From the sequence record MW879340.1: a stretch of DNA of 64,000 bases, one strand, 5' to 3'. The position numbers were made by a program, and so were the translations under genes. The notes beneath the pieces are model-generated. The model was not told the DNA's origin and made no database searches. It saw nothing but the letters and a program-made list of their open reading frames with translations. Positions 47,526-56,653 of the stretch are shown piece by piece (position 1 is the first letter of the stretch; each line of letters begins with the position of its first letter).

Positions 47526-49271
47526 ATGTCCGAGCACGTAATTGATTTACTGAACGATGACGAAGAAGTAGAAATCAAACCCGTCGTTATCTATTCCCCT
47601 AAAGTTGCCAGCTCATTAATGTTGGGCTGGACCAGCGAGGCCTTCGGTAAAACCTTCCACGCTACAATGGATCTAGGTCGTTATCTGTCGTCTATCTGGC
47701 AGACACATCCAGACGGGTTTCGTTACATCAACGTGAAAGGCATTAAGCTTTCACAGCGTATCAGCGATGACGCCATCCTGAACGGTGAACTGACGCTGGA
47801 CATGGTTTACCGTGAAGGTGAATTTACGGTGAACAAGGCGGTGTTTGCTAACAACAGCTTTGAACCGGCTGACCCAATGGTCTACACCACGTTTGATCGT
47901 ATCGATGAAATGGTGGTTGAATCCATTACCGTTGATAAGCAACATGTGGTGGTCACCGGTAACAAACCAGCTGAGCAGTGGAACGCACCATCACCAACAC
48001 CGTCGGTGCTGCGCCGTATCACCATGCGCTACCTCACCGAGAAGAACCGTCCGCGTGAAATCATCTTCGACGTACCGCCTCATCGTGGGATGCTGCGTCG
48101 TGTATCTGATGGTCGTTTACATCTGGACATGGAAAACGTACGTGTGGAAAACCACCTGTATGATGAAGCTGGTTTGAAGCTGACCAACCAGCATCTGGAT
48201 GTGGGTGTAACACTGTCCGTGTCATACGTCAACAACGAGCCGGTGCTGGGTGAAGTGTTGGTCATCAATCCTAAGCTGACTGTTGATGGGCAAGAGCTTC
48301 GTCGTGGCTGGTTTGGTTACATCAGTTCACTGCATTTCGATAACGGTCGTAAGGTCGACGTTGATATGCCTGAGAACTACGAACTGCATCCGTTTGTGTA
48401 CCTGGAAGGTATGAACCACCATCCGGAACACATGGGTCACTGGGTACCGTTCAACGGCTGGCGCATGAAAGACCGCTATGACCTGCGTCTGCACAACGGT
48501 GAAGAGCACAAGTATTATTATCCGAATGCATGTGCCTGGTCGAAAATGGGTGAACACGAAGGTCCTGCTCGTCTTGAAGACAAAGATGTTGCCTTTGTAC
48601 GCCAAGTGCCGGATGAAGAATGTCACGAACAGTTCTTCTTCTCTGGCGAAGAACGTGTCAAGCGTAACCTTTCAATGTTCGGTGATGCTGTGCCAGATGT
48701 CTACGTACTGCCAGATGGTTCGGTGCAGTTCAAGATCCGTCACCGTCGTATGTTTGCTGACTCGCAGATTGTGGCTGATGTATCACCGTCTGACATGTTC
48801 CGTCATACCAGCACGATCCTCGGTCACGGTGACTTTACATTAACCGAAGTTCTGCACGTACCGTTCCGTGTCGATACACCGCTGTTTAAAGCCGCTGTAC
48901 GCTATCTTAAAGGCCAGCTGGAAGACAAGCAGTACACTGGCTTCAGTTTGGCTGAACACAGCGAACACGGCTATGTAGGGACGCTCAATGGTGAAAGCTT
49001 TGCCGACAATGAAGTTGACTGGGTTATCCGTCAGTTGATTCCTATTGCTCAGGCATTGCCGAAGAAACCAGAAGAGAAAGGTCCTGTCTTTGTTGACCCA
49101 TTCCGTACGGGCCGTGGTATCTCTGTTAATGGGAAACCTAACAAGAACGGTCGTATCTATCCAACGGCTGGCTCACTGCCTAAGAAGCCTAAGAACAACA
49201 AGGCTATCAAGAAGGCGGCTAAGAAGGAACGTACGCGTTTAATGAAGGAGGCTAAAGTTGCTAAAGCTTAA
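47526..49271 (+). CDS. Hypothetical protein with Lys-rich C-terminal tail
   Basis: 581 aa; AAGGA RBS. Confidence 0.75.
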   Translation: MSEHVIDLLNDDEEVEIKPVVIYSPKVASSLMLGWTSEAFGKTFHATMDLGRYLSSIWQTHPDGFRYINVKGIKLSQRISDDAILNGELTLDMVYREGEFTVNKAVFANNSFEPADPMVYTTFDRIDEMVVESITVDKQHVVVTGNKPAEQWNAPSPTPSVLRRITMRYLTEKNRPREIIFDVPPHRGMLRRVSDGRLHLDMENVRVENHLYDEAGLKLTNQHLDVGVTLSVSYVNNEPVLGEVLVINPKLTVDGQELRRGWFGYISSLHFDNGRKVDVDMPENYELHPFVYLEGMNHHPEHMGHWVPFNGWRMKDRYDLRLHNGEEHKYYYPNACAWSKMGEHEGPARLEDKDVAFVRQVPDEECHEQFFFSGEERVKRNLSMFGDAVPDVYVLPDGSVQFKIRHRRMFADSQIVADVSPSDMFRHTSTILGHGDFTLTEVLHVPFRVDTPLFKAAVRYLKGQLEDKQYTGFSLAEHSEHGYVGTLNGESFADNEVDWVIRQLIPIAQALPKKPEEKGPVFVDPFRTGRGISVNGKPNKNGRIYPTAGSLPKKPKNNKAIKKAAKKERTRLMKEAKVAKA

Positions 49272-49695
49272 GCCCTGTCCGTTGTGTGCGTCACCTGCTA
49301 AGGCTGGTAAGTACGCACTGGTCTTCTGGCACGTTAAGTGTACGCAGTGTATGTTGACGTTGAAAGACATGCACACGTCAGAAGAAGCTGTAACGGCAGC
49401 CTGGAACACGCGGATGTCCGAACAGGACAAACGTAATGAAGGTAAACGCTGGTCAAAGAAAGACTATTATGAAATCGTCAATCTGAAGACCGGCGAAGTG
49501 CTGAAACAGTTCCGTGAGTACGATGGGCCTGATGATGACATTGATGTTGACATTATCCCTATTCTGAAAGAGTACGGGTTTAACTGGTCGCATTATGATT
49601 TCGCACGTCGTGTCGGTACCGACATCTCGTTCAGCGGTAAGCACCGAATCCATACTGAGCTGCGTTACTACGACGACATCTCCTGGAGGGACTAA
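49258..49695 (+). CDS. Lar (restriction alleviation)-like zinc-ribbon protein
   Basis: LKPCPLCASPA...VKCTQC...EEAVTAAWNTR; TTG start after AAGGAGG. Confidence 0.65.
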   Translation: MLKLKPCPLCASPAKAGKYALVFWHVKCTQCMLTLKDMHTSEEAVTAAWNTRMSEQDKRNEGKRWSKKDYYEIVNLKTGEVLKQFREYDGPDDDIDVDIIPILKEYGFNWSHYDFARRVGTDISFSGKHRIHTELRYYDDISWRD

Positions 49696-49697
49696 CC

Positions 49698-49895
49698 GTG
49701 GGTATGTACAAGTTCTTCGTTGAAGGGCATTGTGTGGTCGAATGGAAAGAGGAAGATCCAATGCCGTCACGGGCTAAAGGTCAATGCCTCCAGACGTACG
49801 ACTTACCCATTGCCAAACGCGACGGGGTGGTAACGTATTATTCCAACGGTCATTGTCGACTGGAATACATTCCTGATAAAGAAGGTGAATCATGA
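49698..49895 (+). CDS. Small hypothetical protein
   Basis: GGAGGG RBS; GTG start; coupled on both sides. Confidence 0.55.
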   Translation: MGMYKFFVEGHCVVEWKEEDPMPSRAKGQCLQTYDLPIAKRDGVVTYYSNGHCRLEYIPDKEGES

Positions 49896-50377
49896 TTGAT
49901 GCATCTGCTCCAATTCTGGAAGTGAACAAAGCCTATCTCATTGGTGAATCCGAACGTGGGTTGTTGTACACCAATGACATGGTTGTGAAACCTGTAATCG
50001 CATTCATGAATCTGGGTGACTTAACTGAGTCTGTCAGTATCCGTGGTAACATGCAGGATGAACTCAGTTCGTTTCTGCATCACGTGCATGGCGGTCAAGT
50101 GCACGTCGGTGAGATCTTCATGTTCAACGGACGCACACGCATTGATTTGAACCCTGGCTTAGCCGCATTGTATCAAGCTGGTAATTGGCCGGGTCATGTG
50201 AATGGTGTCATTATGGCGTGTGCTCAAGGGTTTATGATGACGACTCTCAGTGTGGTGGCTGACAACTTTAGCCCGCCGCTACACAGACAGTTGCCGGTGA
50301 TTCGTTACTACCAGCTTGCGTGGGTCGATCGTAACGGCGACCACCATGCGTTCAGAGATATTATCGAAGTACAATAA
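49892..50377 (+). CDS. Hypothetical protein
   Basis: 161 aa; ATGA overlap. Confidence 0.65.
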   Translation: MIDASAPILEVNKAYLIGESERGLLYTNDMVVKPVIAFMNLGDLTESVSIRGNMQDELSSFLHHVHGGQVHVGEIFMFNGRTRIDLNPGLAALYQAGNWPGHVNGVIMACAQGFMMTTLSVVADNFSPPLHRQLPVIRYYQLAWVDRNGDHHAFRDIIEVQ

Positions 50378-50383
50378 ACCTTA

Positions 50384-50556
50384 TTGTATAGTAGGTAGTA
50401 CTCTGTGGTGATCAATCGTGAAAGCCACATCAGTAGGGGGTGGTCAACATCTCCCACGGGGAAGGGTTAGACTCCGGCAGCGACTGCACAGTCGTATGTG
50501 GCACTACCAAAGTCGGATGGCTCCGGTAATGCTGCGTCACGCTGTTTTCTATACAA
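50384..50556 (+). ncRNA. Candidate structured non-coding RNA
   Basis: Closed by ttgtatag/ctatacaa; several internal complementary helices; followed by a hairpin terminator; no RBS for the spurious GTG 50418. Strand inferred from the terminator. Confidence 0.5.
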
Positions 50557-50561
50557 CCTAT

Positions 50562-50592
50562 GGCTGGGGGAAACCCCAGCCCTTTTATGCCG
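50562..50592 (+). terminator. Hairpin terminator
   Basis: ggctgggg-gaaa-ccccagcc then ctttt-atgccg. Confidence 0.75.
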
Positions 50593-50609
50593 CTTTAAAG
50601 GAAACTCGT

Positions 50610-51242
50610 ATGAAAATCATTCAGAAAGAAGTACTGAATGCAATATTTACCAGCCTTACAGATGACACCAAAGTAACCGGTCAGCTGTTACCCTGGAACT
50701 GGTTGGGTGATGACATCATCCAGTCGTTAAACGCTGCACACGGGTTTAATTGGCCTCACAACCCTATGGCTGGTTACTGTTTACCATTCGCTCAGCCGAT
50801 GTCAGTAGCCTGTAGTAAAGAACAGTATTGGTTGTATTTCATCGCCAATTACCGTTACTACGATAACACGGCTGTTGACATAGCCAGTCTTGATTACAGC
50901 CTGTTCATTGAAGGCGAGACAGAGATTATGAACATCTGTCTGACGGGCTGGCAATTGGGGCGTTATCACGGGGAAACCAAAGCCCATGGCGAAGTATCAA
51001 AAGGCATTGTCGATTATGATGGTCGTGTAATTTTTGATCATTATAAAGCTATCCCACGACTGATGGAAAACTTCAGTCACCTGCTGATGACCCGTGAGCT
51101 GTTGCGTGGTGATCCGTACCTGGCTTGCTTTGCCACACATCACCACAATGAAGTGTACCGCAACTATCCGTATCCTAATGCGGTGCGTGAACTGGAACTT
51201 CCTACTAACCGTCTTTTGAAAGATATTGTCTGGGGTAAATAA
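50610..51242 (+). CDS. Hypothetical protein
   Basis: Start reassigned to ATG 50610 (MKIIQKEV) after AAGGA. Confidence 0.7.
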   Translation: MKIIQKEVLNAIFTSLTDDTKVTGQLLPWNWLGDDIIQSLNAAHGFNWPHNPMAGYCLPFAQPMSVACSKEQYWLYFIANYRYYDNTAVDIASLDYSLFIEGETEIMNICLTGWQLGRYHGETKAHGEVSKGIVDYDGRVIFDHYKAIPRLMENFSHLLMTRELLRGDPYLACFATHHHNEVYRNYPYPNAVRELELPTNRLLKDIVWGK

Positions 51243-51655
51243 TGGGACAAGCAATTGCGTTTCTAATCAAAGATGCCGACGAACCAGAAATGGCGGGTGT
51301 CTTAATTCAGACCGAACGTGAAATGGATTTCGACGACATTAAGCGTGATGTTGAACGCATCGTTAATTATGAAGATCTACAGGACAAGTTCTACATGCGT
51401 ATGGCTGACGACGAAACCACCTTCAGCTTTGTCGTGGTGGAAGGCGTGTCAATGCCGGTATTCATTTTCCACAACGTGTCACGTCGTAACTGGTCTCAGG
51501 CTGCCGCGGACGTTATCGCTAAAAACGCTGTCGGCTATTCCGTTGTGTTGTTCACACCAGAAGCCTTAGCGATCACTGTAAAGAACACCATTGGGCTTAT
51601 GGGGCTCGATGATGTCTGTGGTCCACTGCGCGGCATTCCTTACAAAGAAATGTAA
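51242..51655 (+). CDS. Hypothetical protein
   Basis: TAATG coupling. Confidence 0.65.
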   Translation: MGQAIAFLIKDADEPEMAGVLIQTEREMDFDDIKRDVERIVNYEDLQDKFYMRMADDETTFSFVVVEGVSMPVFIFHNVSRRNWSQAAADVIAKNAVGYSVVLFTPEALAITVKNTIGLMGLDDVCGPLRGIPYKEM

Positions 51656-51733
51656 AGGTTAACATAACTACACGAATGATTTGAATGGCAGTTGTGCCAT
51701 GTACCTTGTTCCATTTTCCAGTAAGGATACAAA

Positions 51734-52396
51734 ATGAAACATGTTTTAGTAGCGGACTTAGAAACTGGTAGTAAAGAGAAAGATGCCGCGGTGTTTGCCA
51801 TTGCAGCTGTTCTTTTTAATATCGAAGATCCCGCTTCTGTTGAAAGAATCAAACAGGCTTTTGCCGCTGGTGAAAGTCTTGACGATTATCTTTATACTAA
51901 ACTACACGTTGGTGATCAGTGGATGGATGGCCGTCGATTAGATGATGACACGCAGGGCTGGTGGCGTCAGGATCGACTCCGTATCCCACGCGAAGCACAG
52001 AAGGGTGGCGTTGGTGATTTCCGCGTTGCTCTGAAGGCTTTCGTTAAGTTGGTCAACGAACTGGTTAAACGTCACCAGGAAGAGTACGGCACTGATAGTA
52101 AAATCGTCGTGTACTTCCGTGATCGTCAGTTCGATGACAACATTCTCCAACATGCCGGGGAAATGTATAACGTTAAATTCCCTTATCAATTCAACCAGCG
52201 CCGCGACATAAGGACGTATATCGACACCAAACTCAACACCACGATCGGGTACATCCCGGACTTTAAACCGTTCCCTGATCTGCCACGTCATCACGCCATG
52301 ACAGACGTGCTACATGACGCCGCTTCTATGTGTGAAGCGAACCGCCGTTCTTTATTAACCACACGCAGTGCATTATCTGATGACACGTCACCGTAA
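51734..52396 (+). CDS. DEDD 3'-5' exonuclease (RNase AS / ExoVIII-like)
   Basis: LVADLETG, WWRQ, FDDNIL, RRDIRT and HHAMTD motifs. Confidence 0.8.
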   Translation: MKHVLVADLETGSKEKDAAVFAIAAVLFNIEDPASVERIKQAFAAGESLDDYLYTKLHVGDQWMDGRRLDDDTQGWWRQDRLRIPREAQKGGVGDFRVALKAFVKLVNELVKRHQEEYGTDSKIVVYFRDRQFDDNILQHAGEMYNVKFPYQFNQRRDIRTYIDTKLNTTIGYIPDFKPFPDLPRHHAMTDVLHDAASMCEANRRSLLTTRSALSDDTSP

Positions 52397-52572
52397 CAGG
52401 TGGCGACCTTTATGCCTTTCAGACCCGTCATCTGATATGGCATTTTTGTAGTTGTACGGCGCGTGTGTACGGAACAGCAGGACAGTCAAGACAACGGACC
52501 AGTCGATGGCGAACACTTAATCAGCTTAGCCACTGATTAGGTACAAGTAACTTTTGATTCTGGAGGATCATC

Positions 52573-53019
52573 ATGACTACCCTTAACGTTGCGAACTACT
52601 GGGCTGAAGTGAACAACCACGCTGTTGCTAATGCGTTTATCAGCAGCGATGTTAACCAGGTATTCCACCCATTCACCTTGCAGGTTATTTTACACGGGTT
52701 GAATATTAACGACATCAAACAACCAGGCGTTACGTACACGGGACGTTGTCTGGAATTACCCAACATTAATACCCACCTGTCTCCGATCAAGACTTTCATC
52801 TGTCGCTTTGATTTCCAGGGCACCAGAATGATCAATTCGCTGATCGTGAGTATCAAGATGGATCTTGGCACCAACCAGGTATCTGCTGTACCGTTACTGG
52901 GTTGGGATGTTTACGGTCGATCTATTGCGGAAGCATTGGATCTTCGTCAGGGGATGGAGATTTACGATTCGTACGGTAACATCAAAGCATGTGCTGACTG
53001 GCTGATGACAGCGGCATAA
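52573..53019 (+). CDS. Hypothetical protein
   Basis: GGAGG RBS; 148 aa. Confidence 0.7.
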   Translation: MTTLNVANYWAEVNNHAVANAFISSDVNQVFHPFTLQVILHGLNINDIKQPGVTYTGRCLELPNINTHLSPIKTFICRFDFQGTRMINSLIVSIKMDLGTNQVSAVPLLGWDVYGRSIAEALDLRQGMEIYDSYGNIKACADWLMTAA

Positions 53020-53024
53020 AGACC

Positions 53025-53072
53025 AGGTGGCGCTTGTGACGTTGTCACAGCGCCGTACCTATTTACTTTTTT
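53025..53072 (+). terminator. Hairpin terminator
   Basis: ggcgc-t-tgtgac-gtt-gtcaca-gcgcc stem followed by a T-rich run. Confidence 0.6.
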
Positions 53073-53074
53073 AA

Positions 53075-53527
53075 ATGGGAATCACACTAATGCTTAAGAT
53101 CTTCAACGAGTGTTTAAATGCGATCAACAAGTGCATTAAAGGTTTGCTCGAAGATGGTTTGTTAAGTGTAAATCAGGATTTCGGACAGACTATCGAACCC
53201 TGGCAACGTAAAGCGCTGAATGGGATCGTGGGGGATCACGAGGTAACCGATATCACCGGTTGTCATCTTCCACAGATCGACATTCACGGCATGCCCACTG
53301 ACGCGATGGTAGTCGGTTTCCAATACAAAAAGGATAACCGTCTATGCTGGGCGTCTGCATTAGTGGTTTCGAATGCGGCAACCCAATGGTCTAACGTCTC
53401 GGTACTGACTGCGGAAGAAGCGCAGGCTGGTCTGGACGAAGACAAGCAAGTGGTTGGCCTGAAGTACCCGTCCATTGGCCAAGTTGGTCAGATGGCGGCG
53501 GAAGCTTTACCTGCGCAAGCAGCATAA
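53075..53527 (+). CDS. Hypothetical protein
   Basis: 150 aa; start may be Met6. Confidence 0.65.
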   Translation: MGITLMLKIFNECLNAINKCIKGLLEDGLLSVNQDFGQTIEPWQRKALNGIVGDHEVTDITGCHLPQIDIHGMPTDAMVVGFQYKKDNRLCWASALVVSNAATQWSNVSVLTAEEAQAGLDEDKQVVGLKYPSIGQVGQMAAEALPAQAA

Positions 53528-53580
53528 TTAAAAAGACTACAAACAAGAATTCGTTTACTTTACTCAAAGGAAATTCGCCA

Positions 53581-54732
53581 ATGGACAGTTATCTCGTTTT
53601 AGGCCACCATATCCTGCGTGATGGTCGTCGACGTGGTGATCGTACTGGTACCGGAACCAAAAGCATCCGCAGCGCCAAACTGGTGTTCGACATGCAGAAA
53701 GGTTTCCCCCTACCCACGACCAAAGTTGTTCACCTGGAAAAGGTGTTCCGTGAACTGAAGTGGATTCTGATGGGCGAGTCAAACATGGCTTACCTGGAAG
53801 AACACGGCTGTGGCTTCATCTGGCGGAATTGGTCGTTAAGCGAGCCGGTAACACAAATGGTTCGTTATGCCGATTGGCGCCGTCTTAAGGTGTTGAAGGA
53901 TGACTACCCTGAGGCGTACGCGATCTGGCAATCAGAAGGGTATGAAAAGCGTTCGATTAAAGAAGGCCACGCCTTCATGGATAAGTATGAGGTTCCTACT
54001 CACTGGGAGAAAGTCTTAATCCCTGCGGGTGAAACCAATGCACCATATGGTCCAGCTTGGCGTAAGTGGCAAGGGCGTAATGGCGAAGAGATTGACCAGA
54101 TTCAATATCTGCTTGATACTCTGCGCACCAATCCGTTTAGCCGCCGTATTCTGTTATCTGCATGGGATCCCGCTAACCTGCCGGACGAGACCATCTCACC
54201 ACAGGAGAACATTAAAAACGGTAAGCCGTGTCTGACACCTTGCCACTGGGCTATTGAAATGTACACCGACGAAATGACGGTTGATGAACGTATCAACTGG
54301 TTGGTGGAACGCAACCCAATGGCCTGGGACAAATGGGTAGATGCGGGCAACTTAAAGCAGGATGAACTGTTGGATAAGTTCCTTGACGATCGTGGTGTGC
54401 CAAAGCATTTCCTCGATTTGAAATGGCACCAACGTTCAGTGGACTTCTGTGTTGGGCTTCCTTACAACATCGCCAGTTACGGTATGCTGTTGATGATGTT
54501 TGCCACCACGTTGAACATGGTTCCTCGTGAGCTGGAACTCGACGGCACCAACGTCCACATTTATAACAATCATGTTGAAGGCTTCGCCCAGCAATTCAGT
54601 CGTGCACCGCGTGAGCTGCCACGTCTTGAAGTGGTCAACAAGCGTGAACGACTGGAAGATTACGAGTGGGAGGACTTTGTCCTTAGCGGTTACAACCCGC
54701 ACCCATTTATTAAATACGACGTTTCCATCTAA
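53581..54732 (+). CDS. thyA: Thymidylate synthase with two insertions
   Basis: DRTGTGT, TTKVV, PYGPAW, RRILLSAW, catalytic PCH, QRSVD, PYNIASY (Asn, so dUMP-specific), HIYNNH. Confidence 0.95.
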   Translation: MDSYLVLGHHILRDGRRRGDRTGTGTKSIRSAKLVFDMQKGFPLPTTKVVHLEKVFRELKWILMGESNMAYLEEHGCGFIWRNWSLSEPVTQMVRYADWRRLKVLKDDYPEAYAIWQSEGYEKRSIKEGHAFMDKYEVPTHWEKVLIPAGETNAPYGPAWRKWQGRNGEEIDQIQYLLDTLRTNPFSRRILLSAWDPANLPDETISPQENIKNGKPCLTPCHWAIEMYTDEMTVDERINWLVERNPMAWDKWVDAGNLKQDELLDKFLDDRGVPKHFLDLKWHQRSVDFCVGLPYNIASYGMLLMMFATTLNMVPRELELDGTNVHIYNNHVEGFAQQFSRAPRELPRLEVVNKRERLEDYEWEDFVLSGYNPHPFIKYDVSI

Positions 54733-54741
54733 GTACCTGTA

Positions 54742-54770
54742 AAGGGGGCTTCGGCCCCCTTCTTCCTTTT
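54742..54770 (+). terminator. Rho-independent terminator
   Basis: aagggggc-ttcg-gccccctt plus pyrimidine/T tract. Confidence 0.75.
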
Positions 54771-54798
54771 ATGACGTTTAAAGACTCAAGGAACCCGT

Positions 54799-55428
54799 AT
54801 GTCAGAACCAAACGTATTAAAGCAGTCGACTTTCCCACTGAATAACAACCTGGTAGCTATTGAGGCTGATGGGGTTGGTAAATATCCGTTCGTGTTTCTG
54901 CTGGAAGAAGCAACCACCGAGAAACTGCTTAAACTTAATGACAACTTGAAAGCACTTGGTAAGGACCCCATTGATACCAATAAAACGATCAATGAGGCGT
55001 TGGCAAGCGCGCTGGACGGATTGTTATCACGTAACAAACATCCGCATGACCTACCGGACTATTTTGTGCCTAAACATTTCTTCCATCCTGAAGTGGGTGA
55101 CTGGTGGAACGAACGCTGTTGCGGTTACGGTACAGTGCATGAAGTATTCAGTGATGATGACTTCGTCTTTGACCTCACGGCTAATCTGGCTGGGTTGGAG
55201 CCGGGTCTTTATCGTATTAATCGCCAGTGGCTGGCTCGCTTTGTGGCATACGACTGGAAAGCATTGTTGGCTAAGCCAGAAGGCCAGCATACCGCCAGCG
55301 AATTCTGTGCTGACCCAATGCGCGGTTCTACTCGTCGGCCAGAAACAGAGGCCAAGCGCGCAGCGTGGTATGCGTTGAATAAAGAAGATGTGAAAGATAT
55401 CCGTCAGTTCGCACCAGCTGATAAATAA
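54799..55428 (+). CDS. Hypothetical protein
   Basis: AAGGA RBS; 209 aa. Confidence 0.7.
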   Translation: MSEPNVLKQSTFPLNNNLVAIEADGVGKYPFVFLLEEATTEKLLKLNDNLKALGKDPIDTNKTINEALASALDGLLSRNKHPHDLPDYFVPKHFFHPEVGDWWNERCCGYGTVHEVFSDDDFVFDLTANLAGLEPGLYRINRQWLARFVAYDWKALLAKPEGQHTASEFCADPMRGSTRRPETEAKRAAWYALNKEDVKDIRQFAPADK

Positions 55429-55456
55429 AACAAAATGCTATAGGTAGTGGTTGTAG

Positions 55457-55490
55457 GAGTGGGGGGTTTCGCCCCACTCTTTTATTTTTT
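55457..55490 (+). terminator. Rho-independent terminator
   Basis: gagtgggg...ccccactc then a T tract. Confidence 0.75.
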
Positions 55491-55522
55491 ATTATTGATA
55501 CACACATCGGGTTACTGCCATT

Positions 55523-55840
55523 ATGGTACCGAATAACGTTTATAGTGACACCTTGTCACTTATCCAGTTTCTTGAATCGCATGCCGAGGTCCCTTGTTCC
55601 GCTTTACGCATCACCGACAAGGCTAATCGGCGACATCTACCTTACGACGCCCAGGAGGCTATTCTGGAGTTGCAGTACCTGCTCAATGAGTATTTTAATG
55701 AGAGCGCCAAAGTGGAAGCCTTATTAAAATACTGCGCCGAGCATCTATGTATCTTGACCTGTACCCAGGGAACGGAAGACACCTGGGGCCTCACGACTTT
55801 CTTCCTCAATCTGACCAAAGGTAAGATCTGGTTTGGTTAA
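55523..55840 (+). CDS. Hypothetical protein
   Basis: 105-aa ORF; weak RBS. Confidence 0.5.
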   Translation: MVPNNVYSDTLSLIQFLESHAEVPCSALRITDKANRRHLPYDAQEAILELQYLLNEYFNESAKVEALLKYCAEHLCILTCTQGTEDTWGLTTFFLNLTKGKIWFG

Positions 55841-55849
55841 TGTTGACAG

Positions 55850-56530
55850 ATGAATGATATGTCTTTGTTACCTGAGGGATGTCTCGTGAGTCGATCAATG
55901 ACCTGGTCTAAACTGGAGATGGTTTGGCTATTGGTTGCGTCCTTGGTGTTATCGGCCACAGCGTGCTTCTACGCGAACTGGTTCTACTACGTAGCGACCA
56001 TGTCGTTTGTGCTGCACTTCATTCTTCTATCTCGCGGCTGTGTCATGGGGTTCTTTTTTGGCGGCGTCATGGTCGCCTTCTACGGATTCTATTGCTACCG
56101 TGTGGGAATGGCCTTTCACTTAGGGGCGCAAGGGCTGTACATGTTAGTCAATATCGTAGGTGCTGTTATCTGGCAGTATCAATTTGCTTTTCGTAAGCCA
56201 CAGCTAATGCAAGAACTTCCGCGTTGGCATGACGCGCTACTGACAGCCGTGCTGATCTTTGGTACGGGTGTCGTGGCGCATAACCTTATCGCCTCCGGCG
56301 ACACAGAAGAGTCCTTACGACCGTTTACCATTATTGGTGCGAGCATAGGGACGATCATGGTCATCTTTGAATTCCGTGAACGGTGGTGGGTATGGATGCA
56401 GGTGTGCAGCATTGCTGTCGTCCTGTGGGCCATGCACTACATACAAACCGGCTACGGTATCCCAGGGGTAGTCGCCTGGTTGGTTGCTTTGTTTAGCGTT
56501 GTTATTTGTCACTACACGCATCGAAAGTAA
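55850..56530 (+). CDS. PnuC-like nicotinamide riboside/vitamin transporter
   Basis: About 7 TMDs; GFFFGGVMVAFYGFYCY, QGLYMLVNIVGAVIW and RERWWVWM blocks match the PnuC layout. Confidence 0.7.
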   Translation: MNDMSLLPEGCLVSRSMTWSKLEMVWLLVASLVLSATACFYANWFYYVATMSFVLHFILLSRGCVMGFFFGGVMVAFYGFYCYRVGMAFHLGAQGLYMLVNIVGAVIWQYQFAFRKPQLMQELPRWHDALLTAVLIFGTGVVAHNLIASGDTEESLRPFTIIGASIGTIMVIFEFRERWWVWMQVCSIAVVLWAMHYIQTGYGIPGVVAWLVALFSVVICHYTHRK

Positions 56531-56542
56531 TATCACGGTGGC

Positions 56543-56587
56543 GATCTTCTCCTGCTTCGGCGGGAGAGGATCCCGCCTTTTATGCCG
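56543..56587 (+). terminator. Hairpin terminator
   Basis: tctcctgc-ttcg-gcgggaga (identical to 41900-41919) followed by tttt-atgccg. Confidence 0.7.
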
Positions 56588-56604
56588 TCCAAATACTTTC
56601 ACAC

Positions 56605-56613
56605 CTATATTAC
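56605..56613 (+). promoter_or_regulatory. Early promoter motif CTATATTAC
   Basis: After the terminator; followed by ctaagtga. Confidence 0.65.
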
Positions 56614-56653
56614 CTAAGTGATCGTGATCCCTAAACTTGTATGAGTATTTATC

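Noticed and set aside
50461-50520. T-loop-like (gggttagactcc) and group I intron P7-like (gact/agtc) snippets
   Set aside because: No complete cloverleaf, acceptor stem or intron core; too short, and no interrupted gene.
50418-50609. 64-codon N-terminal extension of the 50610 gene
   Set aside because: GTG start without RBS, spans a terminator, and has atypical composition; better explained as structured RNA.
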